A stretch of 63,101 nucleotides of DNA, counting the filler, from Jimgerdemannia flammicorona (taxonomy: Eukaryota): assembly GCA_003990765.1 (NCBI GenBank). It is 2 parts of 2 records of this genome, joined end to end, with 100 filler letters (N's around TTAATTAATTAA, not from the genome) between each part and the next. Parts side by side here need not be neighbours in the genome. Positions count along the whole stretch, not along the records: positions 1 to 31,505 come from RBNJ01000392.1; 1 more part is not named here. The stretch is one strand, 5' to 3'. Under the pieces are notes generated by a model. That model did not search any database. It had not been told where the DNA came from and was given only the letters and a program-made list of their open reading frames with translations. Shown here one piece after another: positions 12,724 through 25,553 of the stretch. Each line of letters opens with the position of its first letter. Within the stretch, counting starts at the first letter, position 1. A program made the translations under genes and the position numbers.

Positions 12724-13782
12724 GTGATCATTCCAAAAGAAGACAAGATAATCCGAGCCAAAATGAAGACTATGTTATTTAAGGAACCATACTCTGCCTC
12801 AAGGATTGGCACCAAAGAACCAAGTACCCACTACACAATGCCTCCCATTCACCGAACCAACCAGACCTCCCACCACTCTACCCCTTTGCCTGGCCCAAAG
12901 ACCCTGATCTTTGAAGCTATCAAGAAGGCCATCTGGTGCCCAGATACTTCCGAACACTTGAACTTCTATACTGAGGACCTTGGACACTTCATCAACTACT
13001 AGTATATAATGACCCAATAGCTCAAAGACACTACCAAACGAATGACCCTCTGGTATGACTATGAAATCGGACACTACCTTCGCAATGAGACTCAAGAAGG
13101 TGACCAGGAAGACCTTATTGCCGAAATGTTAACCACCAGCTGGCTAATCAAGAGAGCCCTCTGTGTCCATCAAATCTTCTGCCATATTCCCTGGGCTATA
13201 GCACACTTGCAAGGAGTAACAGCTGGCAGCCTCTCCCGCCTTTCAACTGAAGATGCTGACTGGATAGAATCTGAAGTAGCCAACACTATTGGCAGCAACT
13301 GCATTGCCGTAGGAAGCCAACAAACCGAACCTACTCAGCCAGGTCTCCACACCACCCCACTCCAAGACAACCATCAAGGTCACCTAATGAGTCTTATGGA
13401 GATATTTGAAGGACTGCCCATTACCATAGAAGCACCCGTTGGAGCTACCCCAACTACCCACCACCTTGTCAGCTACAATTCACACCTCATCATTTGGGAA
13501 CCGAATCAAGAAGAAGCCCAAGAAGTTCCTGTCTTTAAAGAGGAGGCCCAAGAACTCCAAGGCCCTGCCTCTGAAGAAACCCCCTCTGACACCGAAACTG
13601 ATGAGTCTTCAGAAGAAGAAGAGGAGCAACAGAGAGTCTACCAGTCCTCTGTCCACATTCAAGCTGTTCAAGGATTGGAAAATGTTGTTGAAGATAACTG
13701 GCCACTTTTCTACCCCCTCACCTCTTGGCCGGCGCTTCCCCCCTTTGAGGAGAGATATGATGAAGAAGAAATCACAACCTAG
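12724..13782 (+). pseudogene. LTR-encoded ORF X of element B (5' LTR copy)
   Basis: ORF pieces 12724-13002 and 13042-13782 are in frame. The TAG stops at 13000 and 13018 correspond to TGG and CAG in the 3' LTR copy. Confidence 0.8.
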
Positions 13783-14230
13783 CAAGATTTGCCCACCACA
13801 GATGAAGGGTACTATTTCCTCTAGAGTACCGCCCATCAGCCATGAGAACCCAGCTTTTGTCAGCAAGTCCATTTCCAGCGTTGCTACCCAGTATTACCAT
13901 TTTCAGCATTTTGTCAGTAGGTCCGAATTCAGCATTGCCACCCTCCACAACCATTTCTGACAACAATCATCGTATCATGTCAACTCATCTGAATCCAGTG
14001 TTGCTACCCAGTACCACCATTTTCAGCATTTTGTCAGCAGGTCTGAATCCAGCATTACTATCTCCTACAACCCAATCCATAGTAAACAATAGCCTGCACC
14101 TCGTATCGTGCAAACCAATAGCATAAGTTCACCACAATGTAGTATACCTTAGTCTTAGTCATGCCCCCTCCCCCATAGCTAGCAAACTTGTATATGTAAA
14201 TAACCCATATTCTTAGAGTGAATAAACCTT

Positions 14231-14710
14231 AGCCAGACAGTTTTACAGAGAAAACACACTGCCTCCAAGAGAACAGAATTCCAAGAACAAGATAACAACC
14301 TAGAGCAACGGATCGCTCAGAAGTTTGAGTTAAGGAATTTCTCTTGCCGCCCGAATTTCAAGTTTTTTTGCCACCATGAAAAGGATTCAAGACCACGGAC
14401 TGCCCGCAAGCCAGACAGTTTTACAGAGAAAACACACTGCCTCCAAGAGAACGGAATTCCAAGAACAAGATAACAACCTAGAGCAACAGATCACTCAGAA
14501 GTTTGAGTTAAGGAATTTCTCTTGCCACCCGAATTTCAAGTTTTTTTGCCGCCATGAAAAGGATTCAAGACCACGGACCACCCACAAGCCAGATAGTTTT
14601 ACAGAGAAAACACACTGCCTCCAAGAGACTGGATAAATTCTGAGAACAAGATAACAACCTAGAGCAACAGATCGCTCGGAAGTTTGAGTTAAAGAATTAT
14701 CTCTTGCCAC
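14231..14710 (+). repeat. 178-bp tandem triplication starting right after AATAAA in the B 5' LTR
   Basis: agccaga(c/t)agttttacagagaaaacacactgcctccaagaga starts at 14231, 14409 and 14587. There is a single copy in the 3' LTR (~24760). Confidence 0.9.
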
Positions 14711-15282
14711 AGAAAGAAAATGTTACCCGACCACTGCCATTCAGACTGCCATTCGACTGCCATTCGGACTGCGCATTCAACTGCCGCCATTCGAGATTCA
14801 AGACCCAGAAAACCAAGGAACTCAAGGATACTAGACTGCCAAAAGACTGACCCACTGCCAAAGACCCGAATGACCGCTAGGAACCTTTCAAGTTAACAAG
14901 TCAAGATGGACGAGTGAGCCATCAACCTCCATTTTCCTGACCTACTGCACCACGAACTGCTTAAAGTCAAGACCGTCGCCCACTTTAATTGACCGCATAA
15001 AGAGCAAGCCCGTCGTTGCTGCATAAATTCAAGTTTGCTACCAAGTTAATTGCCACCAGGAAACTTAGCCAGCATAATCGTCGCCCTTATCCACTAAACA
15101 ATTGAGCTATCGTCGAACGAACTCCCACTATTATCAATTACCACATGAATTGAACAAGCCAATCATATGATCAACGACCCGCGAACGTCACCAACGTATT
15201 CAGTTATCCATCGCGTGCTTCACCAGTGGCACATATTGAGCCATGCAGTCGAAGTTCATTATACATAACCAATGTCACATTT

Positions 15283-15299
15283 TGGGGGCTCAACTGGGA
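15283..15299 (+). promoter_or_regulatory. Primer-binding site of element B, tRNA-Pro type
   Basis: TGGGGGCTCAACTGGGA begins 3 nt after the LTR and is nearly identical to the PBS of A. Confidence 0.75.
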
Positions 15300-15348
15300 A
15301 AGTTTTCAAAAGACTTGACCATTTGGCTCAAGAACCCAGCGATCTACA

Positions 15349-18300
15349 GTGGAGAACTTAGCAGGACCAAGTCAGCAACCAAACCAGGGGCAGCAACAGC
15401 CCTCCTCAGCAGAAAAGAAAGCCCACACCCTTGTCAGAACAGTAGCCAGGACCCTACTCAACACCAGTAGCCAGAAAACCAAATCAGAAGAAAGAAGTGA
15501 CCCAGATTATGGTTTGACTTCAAGAGAAAGAAGACAACTCAGAGGGCAACCAGAACTGCCCCTTCAGATCCAAGACTTAGGCCAAGAAGAAGAAGAAGAG
15601 GATATCCCCGAGGAGTATCAGACCCTTATCCATAGGAAGAACTCAGACAGAAGTGACTATATAACTACTGTTGTTACTCGAGTCACTCCACTAGACTGAG
15701 TATACTTTGAAACATCAGAAGGAGAAGAGGACTATCATCCATATCAACCAGAGCAAGATGACGATTGGGGATCAGACCATCAAAGGGATGAATTCAACCT
15801 ATACTATTATCCAGACAGCGACACTGACCCACAGCAGCAACCAGATGAACAAGACTTCACTACTTCACAACAGCAAGGGGCAGACGAACTCACTATCAGT
15901 TATTTCAGTCCACTCCCACCATCAGTTGCTCGAACTTCAGTACTCTGGTCATTTACACCTCGCCACTATCACCAGTCTATCAGAAGATCTCCACCACTAC
16001 CCAGGACTTCAACCCCAGCATTAATTAGAAGAGCCAGATTACCCTCACCCTCACCAAGACACCACCCTCTGCCAGCACCACTAGTTTATCAAGTACTAGC
16101 ACCACCACCTTCCCCATCACCCCGAGAATCTGCCAGATCCCATACCCCTGAACCATACTTGGACAGTGAAGACAAGCCAGACATGAGCTACCTTCAGAAG
16201 TTCCATGGTGCAGACAATGAAGATATTGAGGAATTCTTTGGAGAAATTGAAGTCCAAGCAGCCGCCAAACAATAGGATACTGCAAGAAAACTCAGAATTG
16301 TGGAGTTGCTCCTGAGAGGACCAGCCCTACAGAGGTATAATCAAGCCAAGCAAGCTGGAGGAGGAATCCATACAGAGGAACTGAATGATGGCCTTCAATC
16401 TGATAGAAACCATGTAGTAAGGTACATGATTCACAAAGCCTGGCTCCATGCCCAGTTCAATAGATTCGAGCACCAACAAGAAGCACAGGAGGCTTTGACC
16501 TATATGAGCCAAGCTGCCAATGAAACTCCCAAGAGTTTCTACTATCGGATTCAAGCTCAAATGATCAAGGCGAACCTTCAACCAGCAGTCCAACTGGCCC
16601 TAGCCTCAACTACCTTCCTCAATGGCTTATACCCAGAACTCTGAAGGCAAGTTATCAGGATGGGATATCGAAACATTGAACAGCAAGTTGCTGAAGCACA
16701 AGGATGTTGGGAAGCAGATTATAGACCAGTACAACAAGTACAAGGCTGTCCTGAGCCAATCCGAGCTGAAACCCCAAGGACCAGAGGAACAACCATGGAG
16801 CAAGAGAATGCCTTCCTCAGAGCCCAGATAGCCAACTATGAGAACAGACCAGCACCCACAAATCCGACTCCATTCAGGCAACCACAGCAGCAACCACCAT
16901 CAAGAGTTCAAGAAGACCCCATGACAACACTCACCAAGCAAATGAAGGACCTGGTCATCACGGTTGCCCAGCTGAACAACCAAGGTAGAAGACAACAAGA
17001 CTACCGTCATGATAACAGACCAGACTACCGGCAACAAGACAACAGAGGCCCTGCTCCTGCACTACCAGCTGCAACTACAGCCTTATCAGCGACTGGTTCC
17101 TATGGTCCCACCTGCTTCAGGTGTGGAAATCAAGGCCACATCCAGAGAAATTGTCCAAGGAACCAATCCACCCAGTCCAATAACAGAAATATCAACCTCT
17201 TTTAGGTAGATGAAGAGACTCAGGAGATGGAAGAAGAAGCAGCCTGGCTCCATGGTCAAGAAGACGACATCTACCCATACTTCGAGACTTTTCCATCCAA
17301 GGTGACATAGGAAGCTGCCCCCGCAGAGACCAGAGGATAAGGAAGACCACGAAGGAACCCCCCACCTCAACTGTCAGTAACAATATCCACAGGCAAGCAT
17401 CCATGACATGGCTATTCTTCTTCGGATACTCCACAAGAACAGAAGAAGCGAGTTAGAAGAGATACTCCTGAACCAGAAGCCGGACCATCTAGGACAACCC
17501 CCAGCTCTACCCTGCCAGACCTTGAAGAAGATGAGCATATGAGCATAGAATCTTCAGCTGATGAAATGCCCATCAGGAATGAGAGACTACACCCCAAGGG
17601 ACCAAGACACCGAAGAAGCAGCAAGCCCCATGTAGTAGCCTCACTTTGAGAACATATCCACCTACAGAATGCTGGTCTTACAGTTGAGCAAGTCCTCAAG
17701 AATGTACCAGAGGTCAGGCGAAAATTCCTGAAAGAAGCCAAGGAAGATACCAAGAGACTTCCAGTCCAAGGACCACATACTCAAGAACCTAGCACTATCC
17801 ACATAGTCCATGAGAGCCAGTGACACAAACATCAATCTACAAGACTCGCTGATGGAAAAGTACATGGTGAAAATGCCAGAATTCTTGTCAATACTGGAGC
17901 AGCAGTATGCATCATCACCCAAAGGATGTTGGAGCGAATTGGATGGGGAATAGATGAAGGAACCAAAGCAAGAGTTATCATGGCTGATGGATCAGCTTCC
18001 ACACCCCTTGGACTTGTCAGAGACATCCCCATTCAAGTTGGAAAGGCCCGCCTCAATGTACCCAAAGCCGTCGTGACCCTGCAACCTCCTATGACCTGAT
18101 CCTGGGAACTGACTGGTTAAGCCGAGTGGGAGCCAATGTAGATATCAAGAAACAACTCCTGGTCTTCTCCACTCATAGACAGAAGCACAAGGTGCCCATT
18201 GACTCGAAAGGATTATCTAAAAAGACGAATCAAGCCTCAGAAACAGAATGGTAAGGATATGGCGACACCCCCACTACTACCAAGGATGAAAGTGAGGCCA

Positions 18301-21300
18301 ATTTCCTACAAGAACTAAGAAGTGATTTCGATGCCCCAAGGGACCAAGAAAGCAAACAAGAAGACTCTTTCATTGGAGTTATTGGTGTTGAAGGCCTGGA
18401 AGAAAGCATTGATAGAGCCATTAATGCAAGGGCAGTACTTGAGTTTGCAGGACCTTCTGCTCAACCACCACCACCACTGGTAGAAAATCAGATCATGCGA
18501 GCCTTTTGTCAAGGCATATGTGAACAATTCATCAGCTTCCACTCACCAAGAGATGATTGCAGCAATTGCCGAATCCTGGATCTCAAGAAGGTTCCAATGC
18601 CAGAAATTGATGACAAGGACGAATTGAAGCAAGCACTATCCCACAGCCGAATACAACCTCCAACCCCGAAGACCTTCAAGAAGACCTATAAGGAAGGACA
18701 GAAGATCCTCGCCCGCCAAACATTCGAGTCCCTTACCATCGAAGGAGAAAGCAACAGCTCTTACACCATCACCCGGGCCCTCCAGATCACACAGCCCACC
18801 TATGACAAGTATCGGAAGAGATTCTCTACCAGTAGAGAGGTCAAATAGTGAAATGAAGACTTTGTCAAGAAGGAACATTGTGATTGTGGAAAAACCTTTA
18901 CCTGCCACTGGTGTGAACATCGAGATGTTCACCTCAGCGAAGATGTCTACAAGAGCCGAGTCAAGAGAAAGGATCCCACCCTGCAAGAACCTCGAATTCG
19001 CTGGGCCTGTCGGAAGTGCAAAGAAATCAATCATAAAGGAGATTGCAAGTTCAAGAGCAAGACCTCTATCTGGGACCTACCATTGGAAGTTCTTACCATC
19101 ATTTACTGGTACTGCCACCCTCATCAAGGAAAAGAAGATATCAATCTTGCCTTCATCCTTATGAAAGCTCTGGACCCTCTAGGAAAGACTGGATTCAATT
19201 ACACAAGAAACTCAAAGATAAGAGCTCACTGGCCTTTCTTCAAACCGGAGCGCATGGACTTCTCACCTACACTGGCAACAGCTGAGGCACCATTTCTCAA
19301 AGCTCAACCAATTATCCAGGTCAAGCTGCTTTCACCCTGGGCACAGCCACCTCTTGCACAAACAGAAGGATCAGTTGGTTATGACCTCTGCCTCCCCTAC
19401 CAAGCAAGAATCCGACCCAGAAGTACCAGGACTTTTGACCTACAGATCGCACTCACTATACCACCTGGGCATCATGGACAATTGGCCTCAAGATCCTCAT
19501 TGGCAACCAAAGGAGTCACAGTAGAAGGAGGAGTCATCAATCAGGACTACCGAGGTCCCTTGAAGGTCATTATCTGCAATTCTAGTAGAATCAGCCAATT
19601 CTTCAGTCCTATGGAAGCCATCTGCCAAATTCTGTTTATCAAGACATCACAGCCGACCATCCAAGAGGTAGACCAACTAGAAGATACCAACAGAGGACAA
19701 AGAGGCTTTGGAAGTATCAATAGAAATCTACGGACACCACCTATCGAGGTTTATTTGGCAACAGTTGCTCAATTCTGACAAATGAGACCCCATATCTGCC
19801 ACCCAATCCGAGCAAGAGAAGACATCCTCCTGCAGCCCTACCAGCAAAAAGGCCTAGATGTGCACCTATCAGTAGAAGAAAACAACTTGATATTTGCACC
19901 ATCACTGGAGCTTCAAAAGGAATACCACATCCTCCTGGCTGAAGAATGAATTCACGACCAGATGTCACCAATCCACATTCCTATCAGAAACTCAGACTTC
20001 AAAGTGATAACTATCTCCAAGAGAACAACACTGGGATATTTCGAACCACTGATAGACACCTACGAGGAAGAAGTCTTCGAATTCTTGGGAAACAGCAAGC
20101 CCTCTCCAGTGAGACTGATGGTACCAGAGAGGAAGACTCAGCAAATTCATCAATTAAAGCTGTCGACATCGAGACAACTCTAACCAAGGATTAGCAACAA
20201 CAAATACAGGAGTTGATAGAGGAGTGCAAAGATATATTTACCACCACATATGATAACTTCCCACCATATCAATATGGAGAACACCCTATACATACCGGAA
20301 ATGCAAGACTGATCCGACAACGACCCTACCGAACACCACATCATCTGATTGAATTCGAATAACAACACATAGACGAAATGCTACGAAATGGAGTCATCAG
20401 ACTATCATTAAGCCCCTGGGCCTCACCAGCAATCATAGTACCAAAGAAAGGAGGATGGAGATTAGTTGTGGATTTCAGAAAACTCAACAAAGTCACCACA
20501 GAAGATGCCTACCCACTGCCAAGAATTGATGACCTCATCAATGCCCTCGGAAAAGCCAAATACATGACCACTACTGACCAGTTTCAAGGATTCCAAGTAA
20601 TACCCATTGCCAAAGAAGATCTCTGCAAGACGGCCTTCATCACCAGACGAGGACAGTATGAATACCTATGAATGCCCTTTGGACTCTACAATGCACCCGC
20701 CTCATTCCAACAAATGATGAACTATGTCTACCGGGACCTCATTAGAAGAAATGTACTAGTGTACATAGATGATGTCATCATCTACTCTGAGACATTCAAG
20801 CAGCATTTGCAAGACCTCCATGAAGTATTCAATACCATTCAAAATTCAGGACTCAGACTCAATACCAAGAAGTGCTTCTTTGGAAAACATCAAGTCGAAT
20901 ATCTGGGATATGTTGTCTCAGCTCAAGGAACACATGCCGACCCCTACAAGGTGGAGAAAGTCAAGAACTACCCAACCCTGACCTCAGCAAAGGAGACCCT
21001 ATCCTTCCTTATGCTGGCATCCTACTATTGACGATTCATCCCAAGGTTTTTAGATAAGGCAGCACCTCTCCGAGATATCTCCAAGAAGGACCAACCATTC
21101 TACTGGAAAGAAGAACAACAAAAGTCATTCGACCTACTCAAGAAGGCCCTTACCGAAGCCCCTGTCCTGGTGCGACCAGACTTTGGCAAACCATTCATCC
21201 TGGCAACTGATGCCTCAGCCTTAGGACTTGGATCAATTCTGTCTCAGCAAGATGACCAGAAGAGGGAGCATGTTATCGAATATGCTAGCAAGGCCACGAA

Positions 21301-23103
21301 TGAAACACAAGCGAACTATGGAGCCACTAAGTTGGAATGCCTAGCAGTAGTTTGGGCTGTGGACCACTTCCGACACTATCTCTTGGGAAAGAGATTTGCC
21401 CTCATCACTGATCATCAAGCTCTACAATGGTTGTTCAACAAGCCGGAGCCCTCAGGAATCTTTGCTAGATGGATCATGTCTCTGCAAGAATATCAGTTCA
21501 CTATTGCCTACAAGAAAGGTGCTAAGAATTCCAATGTCGATACTCTGTCAAGAATCCCATGAAACCAACAAGAAGGGAAGAAGCCCCCACAAGAGAAGGC
21601 TGCTTCCCACTCACCCAAATGAACCAAGAATTGTGCCTTGCCCTCACCTGGAGTCTGCACCATAGAAGCTTCAAGAAAGGAATCCAACCAGCCCACAAGT
21701 TGTTTATCCAAAGGAATTTCAAGAAATTCCAAGAAGGTGATGGTGAACTTTGGAGAGTAGAAGGAGAGCAGTACACCTGAGTTCCAAGAGAAGAAGAAAT
21801 ATTGAAGATCCTGACAACAAATCATGACCAAAATGCACACTGAGGAATTGGTGCCACAATCGCAAGAATCAAGAAGTGATACTGGTGGCCCAAGATGAGA
21901 AAACAAATTTCAATGCACATTCAACAATGTGATACCTGCCAAAGATACCGACAAAAGCCTACCGACAGAGTACCATTAATACCGATCACAGCACTAGCTG
22001 GAGCCTTTCAAAGACTAGGAATAGACATTATTGGACCTTTACCAGTAACCAGCCGAGGAAGATGCTATATCCTCACTATCGAAGACCACCTGACAAAATG
22101 GCCTGAAGCCTTTGCCATCGAGACTGCCGATGCCCAGACAATTATTGGGATCCTGTATGATGAAATTTTCAGCTGCCATGGTGTGCCCAAGGAAATCATT
22201 ACAGACCAAGGCCGAGAATTCGTCAACCAAGCCATGAAGACCTTTGTGAGCAACTTCAAGATCAAGCTATGACCAACAACAGCCTACCACCCACAGGCAA
22301 ATGGACTCACTGAACGAATGAACCAGACCATCAAGCAAGATCTCAGTAGAACCAGAGATCAACTAAACTGGGATATCTATCTACCGGCAATTCTGTTTAG
22401 CATCCATACCTCTAAGGCAACTGCTACCCAACAGACCCCCTTCTATTTAGTATATGGCCGAGAAGCACAAGATCCTACTGAACCAGTCCAGCTAGATCTG
22501 TCAAAGCGAGTCACAGAAGAGATCACCCGGTTACACAATGTATGCCAGCAAGCACGAGAATTTATCGCCAAGGCACAAGAACGACAAAAGAGGTACTACG
22601 ACCACAAAGCCGACCTCGAACCCCTGCTCATTGGACAAAAGGTTCTGGTGTACCATACCATCATAGAAGGAAATTGGAGTGCCAAGCTTGAACCAAAATG
22701 GGAAGGCCCCTATCTCATATACCAAGTATTCTCGAACCACACTTATCTACTCAAGACCTTGGATGGAGTTATACTCAAGACCAAGATACATTGTAACTGC
22801 ATAAGACTCTACTACTCAAGAGAAGCAAAACACATTTGAACAATCCTGTTCACTCTATCTGTGTCGTCTCCACTGGAGATACAATGGATGTTTCACTCAG
22901 AACTCAAGAAAGCCAACAACGTTAGAACCAGACTCAAGCCCATCTACATGACAGACATTGTTACTAAGAAATTGCCTCGGATTACAAGTAATACTATTTC
23001 CAATGGGTTCGAACCCCCAGCCGTGACTATGGGAGCCCTCGCCCTAGACAAGGATGGCCAGTCCTCACAAATGCACCAGCATTCTGCTTGTCCCTGGAGT
23101 TAA
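15349..23103 (+). pseudogene. Element B gag-pol polyprotein (stops and frameshifts)
   Basis: CFRCGNQGHIQRNC knuckle (~17113). PR ILVNTGAAVC (17881, D>N). RT SPWASP..VDFRKLN..YPLPRID..MPFGL..YIDD. RH TDAS..ECLAVVW..TDH. IN H..H..CDTC, DIIGPLP, ITDQG, EGPY. Confidence 0.93.
19311..19715 (+). pseudogene. dut: dUTPase domain of element B (between PR and RT)
   Basis: GSVGYDL, SRSSLA, GGVINQDYRG (motif III D>N), ICQ and RGQRGFGS. Confidence 0.93.
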
Positions 23104-23164
23104 GACCACCCAACTCTGTGTAACCCTCACCGCCGAGGACGGCTCTAATTTTGCAAGGGGCAGA

Positions 23165-25549
23165 TGTGACATACACAATTGACAATGGAGTACTGGTGAC
23201 TGCTAAGATCAGATGACATAATGGCGTGACAATCAAATAGACAGCTTGACCCATTAGATGATCATTCCAAAAGAAGACAAGATGATCCGAGCCAAAATGA
23301 AGACCATGTTATTTAAGGAACCATACTCCGCCTCAAGGATCAGCACCAAAGAACCAAGTACCCACCATACAATGCCTCCCATTCGCCGAACCAACCAGAC
23401 CTCCCGCCGCTCTACCCCTTTGCCTGGCCCAAAGACCCTGATCTTTGAAGCTATCAAGAAGGCCATCTGGTGCCCAGTTACTTCCGAACACTTGAACTTC
23501 TACACTGAGGACCTTGGACACTTCATCAACTACTGGTATATAATGACCCAACAGCTCAAAGACACTACCGAATGAATGACCCTCTGGCATGACTATGAAA
23601 TCGGATACCGCCTTCGCAATAAGACTCAAGAAGGCGACCAGGAAGACCTCATTGCCGAAATGTTAACCACCAGCCGGCTAATCAAGAGAGCCCTCCGTGT
23701 CCATCAAATCTTCTGCCATATTCCCTGGGCTATAGCACACTTGCAAGGAGTAACAGTTGGCAGCCTCTCCCACCTTTCAACTGAAGATGCTGACTGGATA
23801 GAATCTGAAGTAGCCAATGCTATTGGCAGCAACTGCATCACTATAGGAAGCCAACAAACTGAACCTACTCAGCCAGGTTTCCACACTACCCCACTCCGAG
23901 ATAACCATCAAGGTCACCTAATGAGTCTTATGGAGATATTTGAAGGACTGCCCATCACTATAGAGACACCTGTTGGAGCTACCCCAACCACCCACCACCC
24001 TGTCAGTCACAATTCACACCTCATCATTTGGGAACCGAATCAAGAAGAAGCCCAAGAAGTTCCTGTCTTTGAAGAGGAGGCCCAAGAACTCCAAGACCCT
24101 GCCCCTGAAGAAACCCCCTCTGACACTGAAACTGATGAGCCTTCAGAAGAAGAAGAGGAGCAACAGAGAGTCTACCAGTCCTCTGTCCGCATTCAAGCTG
24201 TTCAAGGATTGGAGAATGTTGTTGAAGATGACTGGCCACTTTTCTACCCCCTCACCTCTTGGCTGGCACTTCCCCCCTTTGAGGAGAGATATGATGAAGA
24301 AGAAATCACAACCTAGCAAGATTTGCCTGCCATGGATGAAGGGTACTATTTCCTCTAGAGTATCGCCCATCAGCCATGAGAACCCAGTTTTTGTCAGCAA
24401 GTCCATTTCCAGCATTGCTACCCAGTACCACCATTTTCAGCATTTTGTCAGCAGGTCCGAATTCAGCATTGCCATCCTCCACAACCATTTCTGGCAACAA
24501 TTATCATATCATGTCAGCTCATCTGAATCCAGCATTGCTACCCAGTACCACCATTTTCAGCTTTTGTCAGCAAGTCCGTTTTCAGCATTGCTATCCCGTA
24601 CAACCCAATCTATAGTAAACAATAGCCTGCACCTCACATCGTACAAACCAATAGTATAAGTTCGCCACAACATAGTATACCTTAGCCTTAGTCATGCCCC
24701 CTCTCCCATAGCTAGCAAACTTGTATAAATAATCCATATTCTTAGAGTGAATAAACCTCAGTCAGACAGTTTTACAGAGAAAACATACTGCCTCCAAGAG
24801 ACTGGATAAATTCTGAGAACAAGATAACAACCTAGAGCAATGGATCACTCGGAAGTTTGAGTTAAAGAATTTTCTCTTGCCACGGAAGGAAAACGTTACC
24901 CGACCACCGCCATTCGAGACCCAAGTTACCCAGCCAAGGATTCAAGACCACAGACTGCCTGCCAATTCAGTCAGTTTGTGTTTAAAGAAAACGTTACCCA
25001 ACCACCACACATTCAAACTACCATTTGGACCGCGCATTCAACTGCCATTCGAGATTCAAGACCCGGAAAACCAAGGAACCCAAGGATATCCAGCCAAACA
25101 AGACCATAGCTTAAGACCCTCCAAGATACTCGAACAACCACCAAAGACCCAAGTTATCCCGCCCTTTCAAGCTAAACAAGACGGACGAGCAAGTCATTGA
25201 CCGATTCCCGACCTACTGTGCCATGGACTGCTTTAATTGACTGCATAAAGAGCAAGACTGTCAAGACCATCGCTGCATAAATTCAAGGTCGCCGCATAAA
25301 TTCAAGTTTGCCGTCAAGTTAATTGCCGCCAGGAAACTTAGCCAGTATAATCGCCACCCTTATCCACTAAACAATTGAGCCATCATTGAACAATCGAAGT
25401 TCCGCTATTATTACATGAATTGAATGAGCCGATCACATGATCAATGTTCTGCGAATGTCACCAATGCATTCAGTTATCTATCACGCGCTTCACTAGTGGC
25501 ACACATTGAGCCATGCAGTCGAAGTTTATTATACATAACCAATGCCACA
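23165..25549 (+). repeat. 3' LTR of element B (2385 bp)
   Basis: Direct repeat of 12631-15279. Confidence 0.93.
23258..24316 (+). pseudogene. LTR-encoded ORF X of element B (3' LTR copy, ~350 codons, one stop)
   Basis: 23258-23575 and 23576-24316 are contiguous and in frame. The single TGA (23573) is CGA in the 5' LTR (13039). Confidence 0.82.
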
Positions 25550-25553
25550 ATAT

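Larger units (their letters stand above)
12631..15279 (+). repeat. 5' LTR of element B (2649 bp)
   Basis: Direct repeat of 23165-25549. Contains ORF X, a TATA-like motif with AATAAA (~14190-14226) and a 178-bp internal tandem repeat. Confidence 0.93.
12631..25549 (+). mobile_element. Ty3/Gypsy LTR element B, full length (gag-PR-Zn modules-dUTPase-RT-RH-IN, no chromodomain), inactivated
   Basis: LTRs TGTGACAT...ATG(T/C)CACA at 12631-15279 and 23165-25549. ATAT flanks at 12627-12630 and 25550-25553. PBS at 15283. PPT AAGGGGCAGA before 23165. Confidence 0.95.

Noticed and set aside
12724..13782. ORF X as an env gene
   Set aside because: No signal peptide, transmembrane helix or furin/fusion-peptide pattern is visible.
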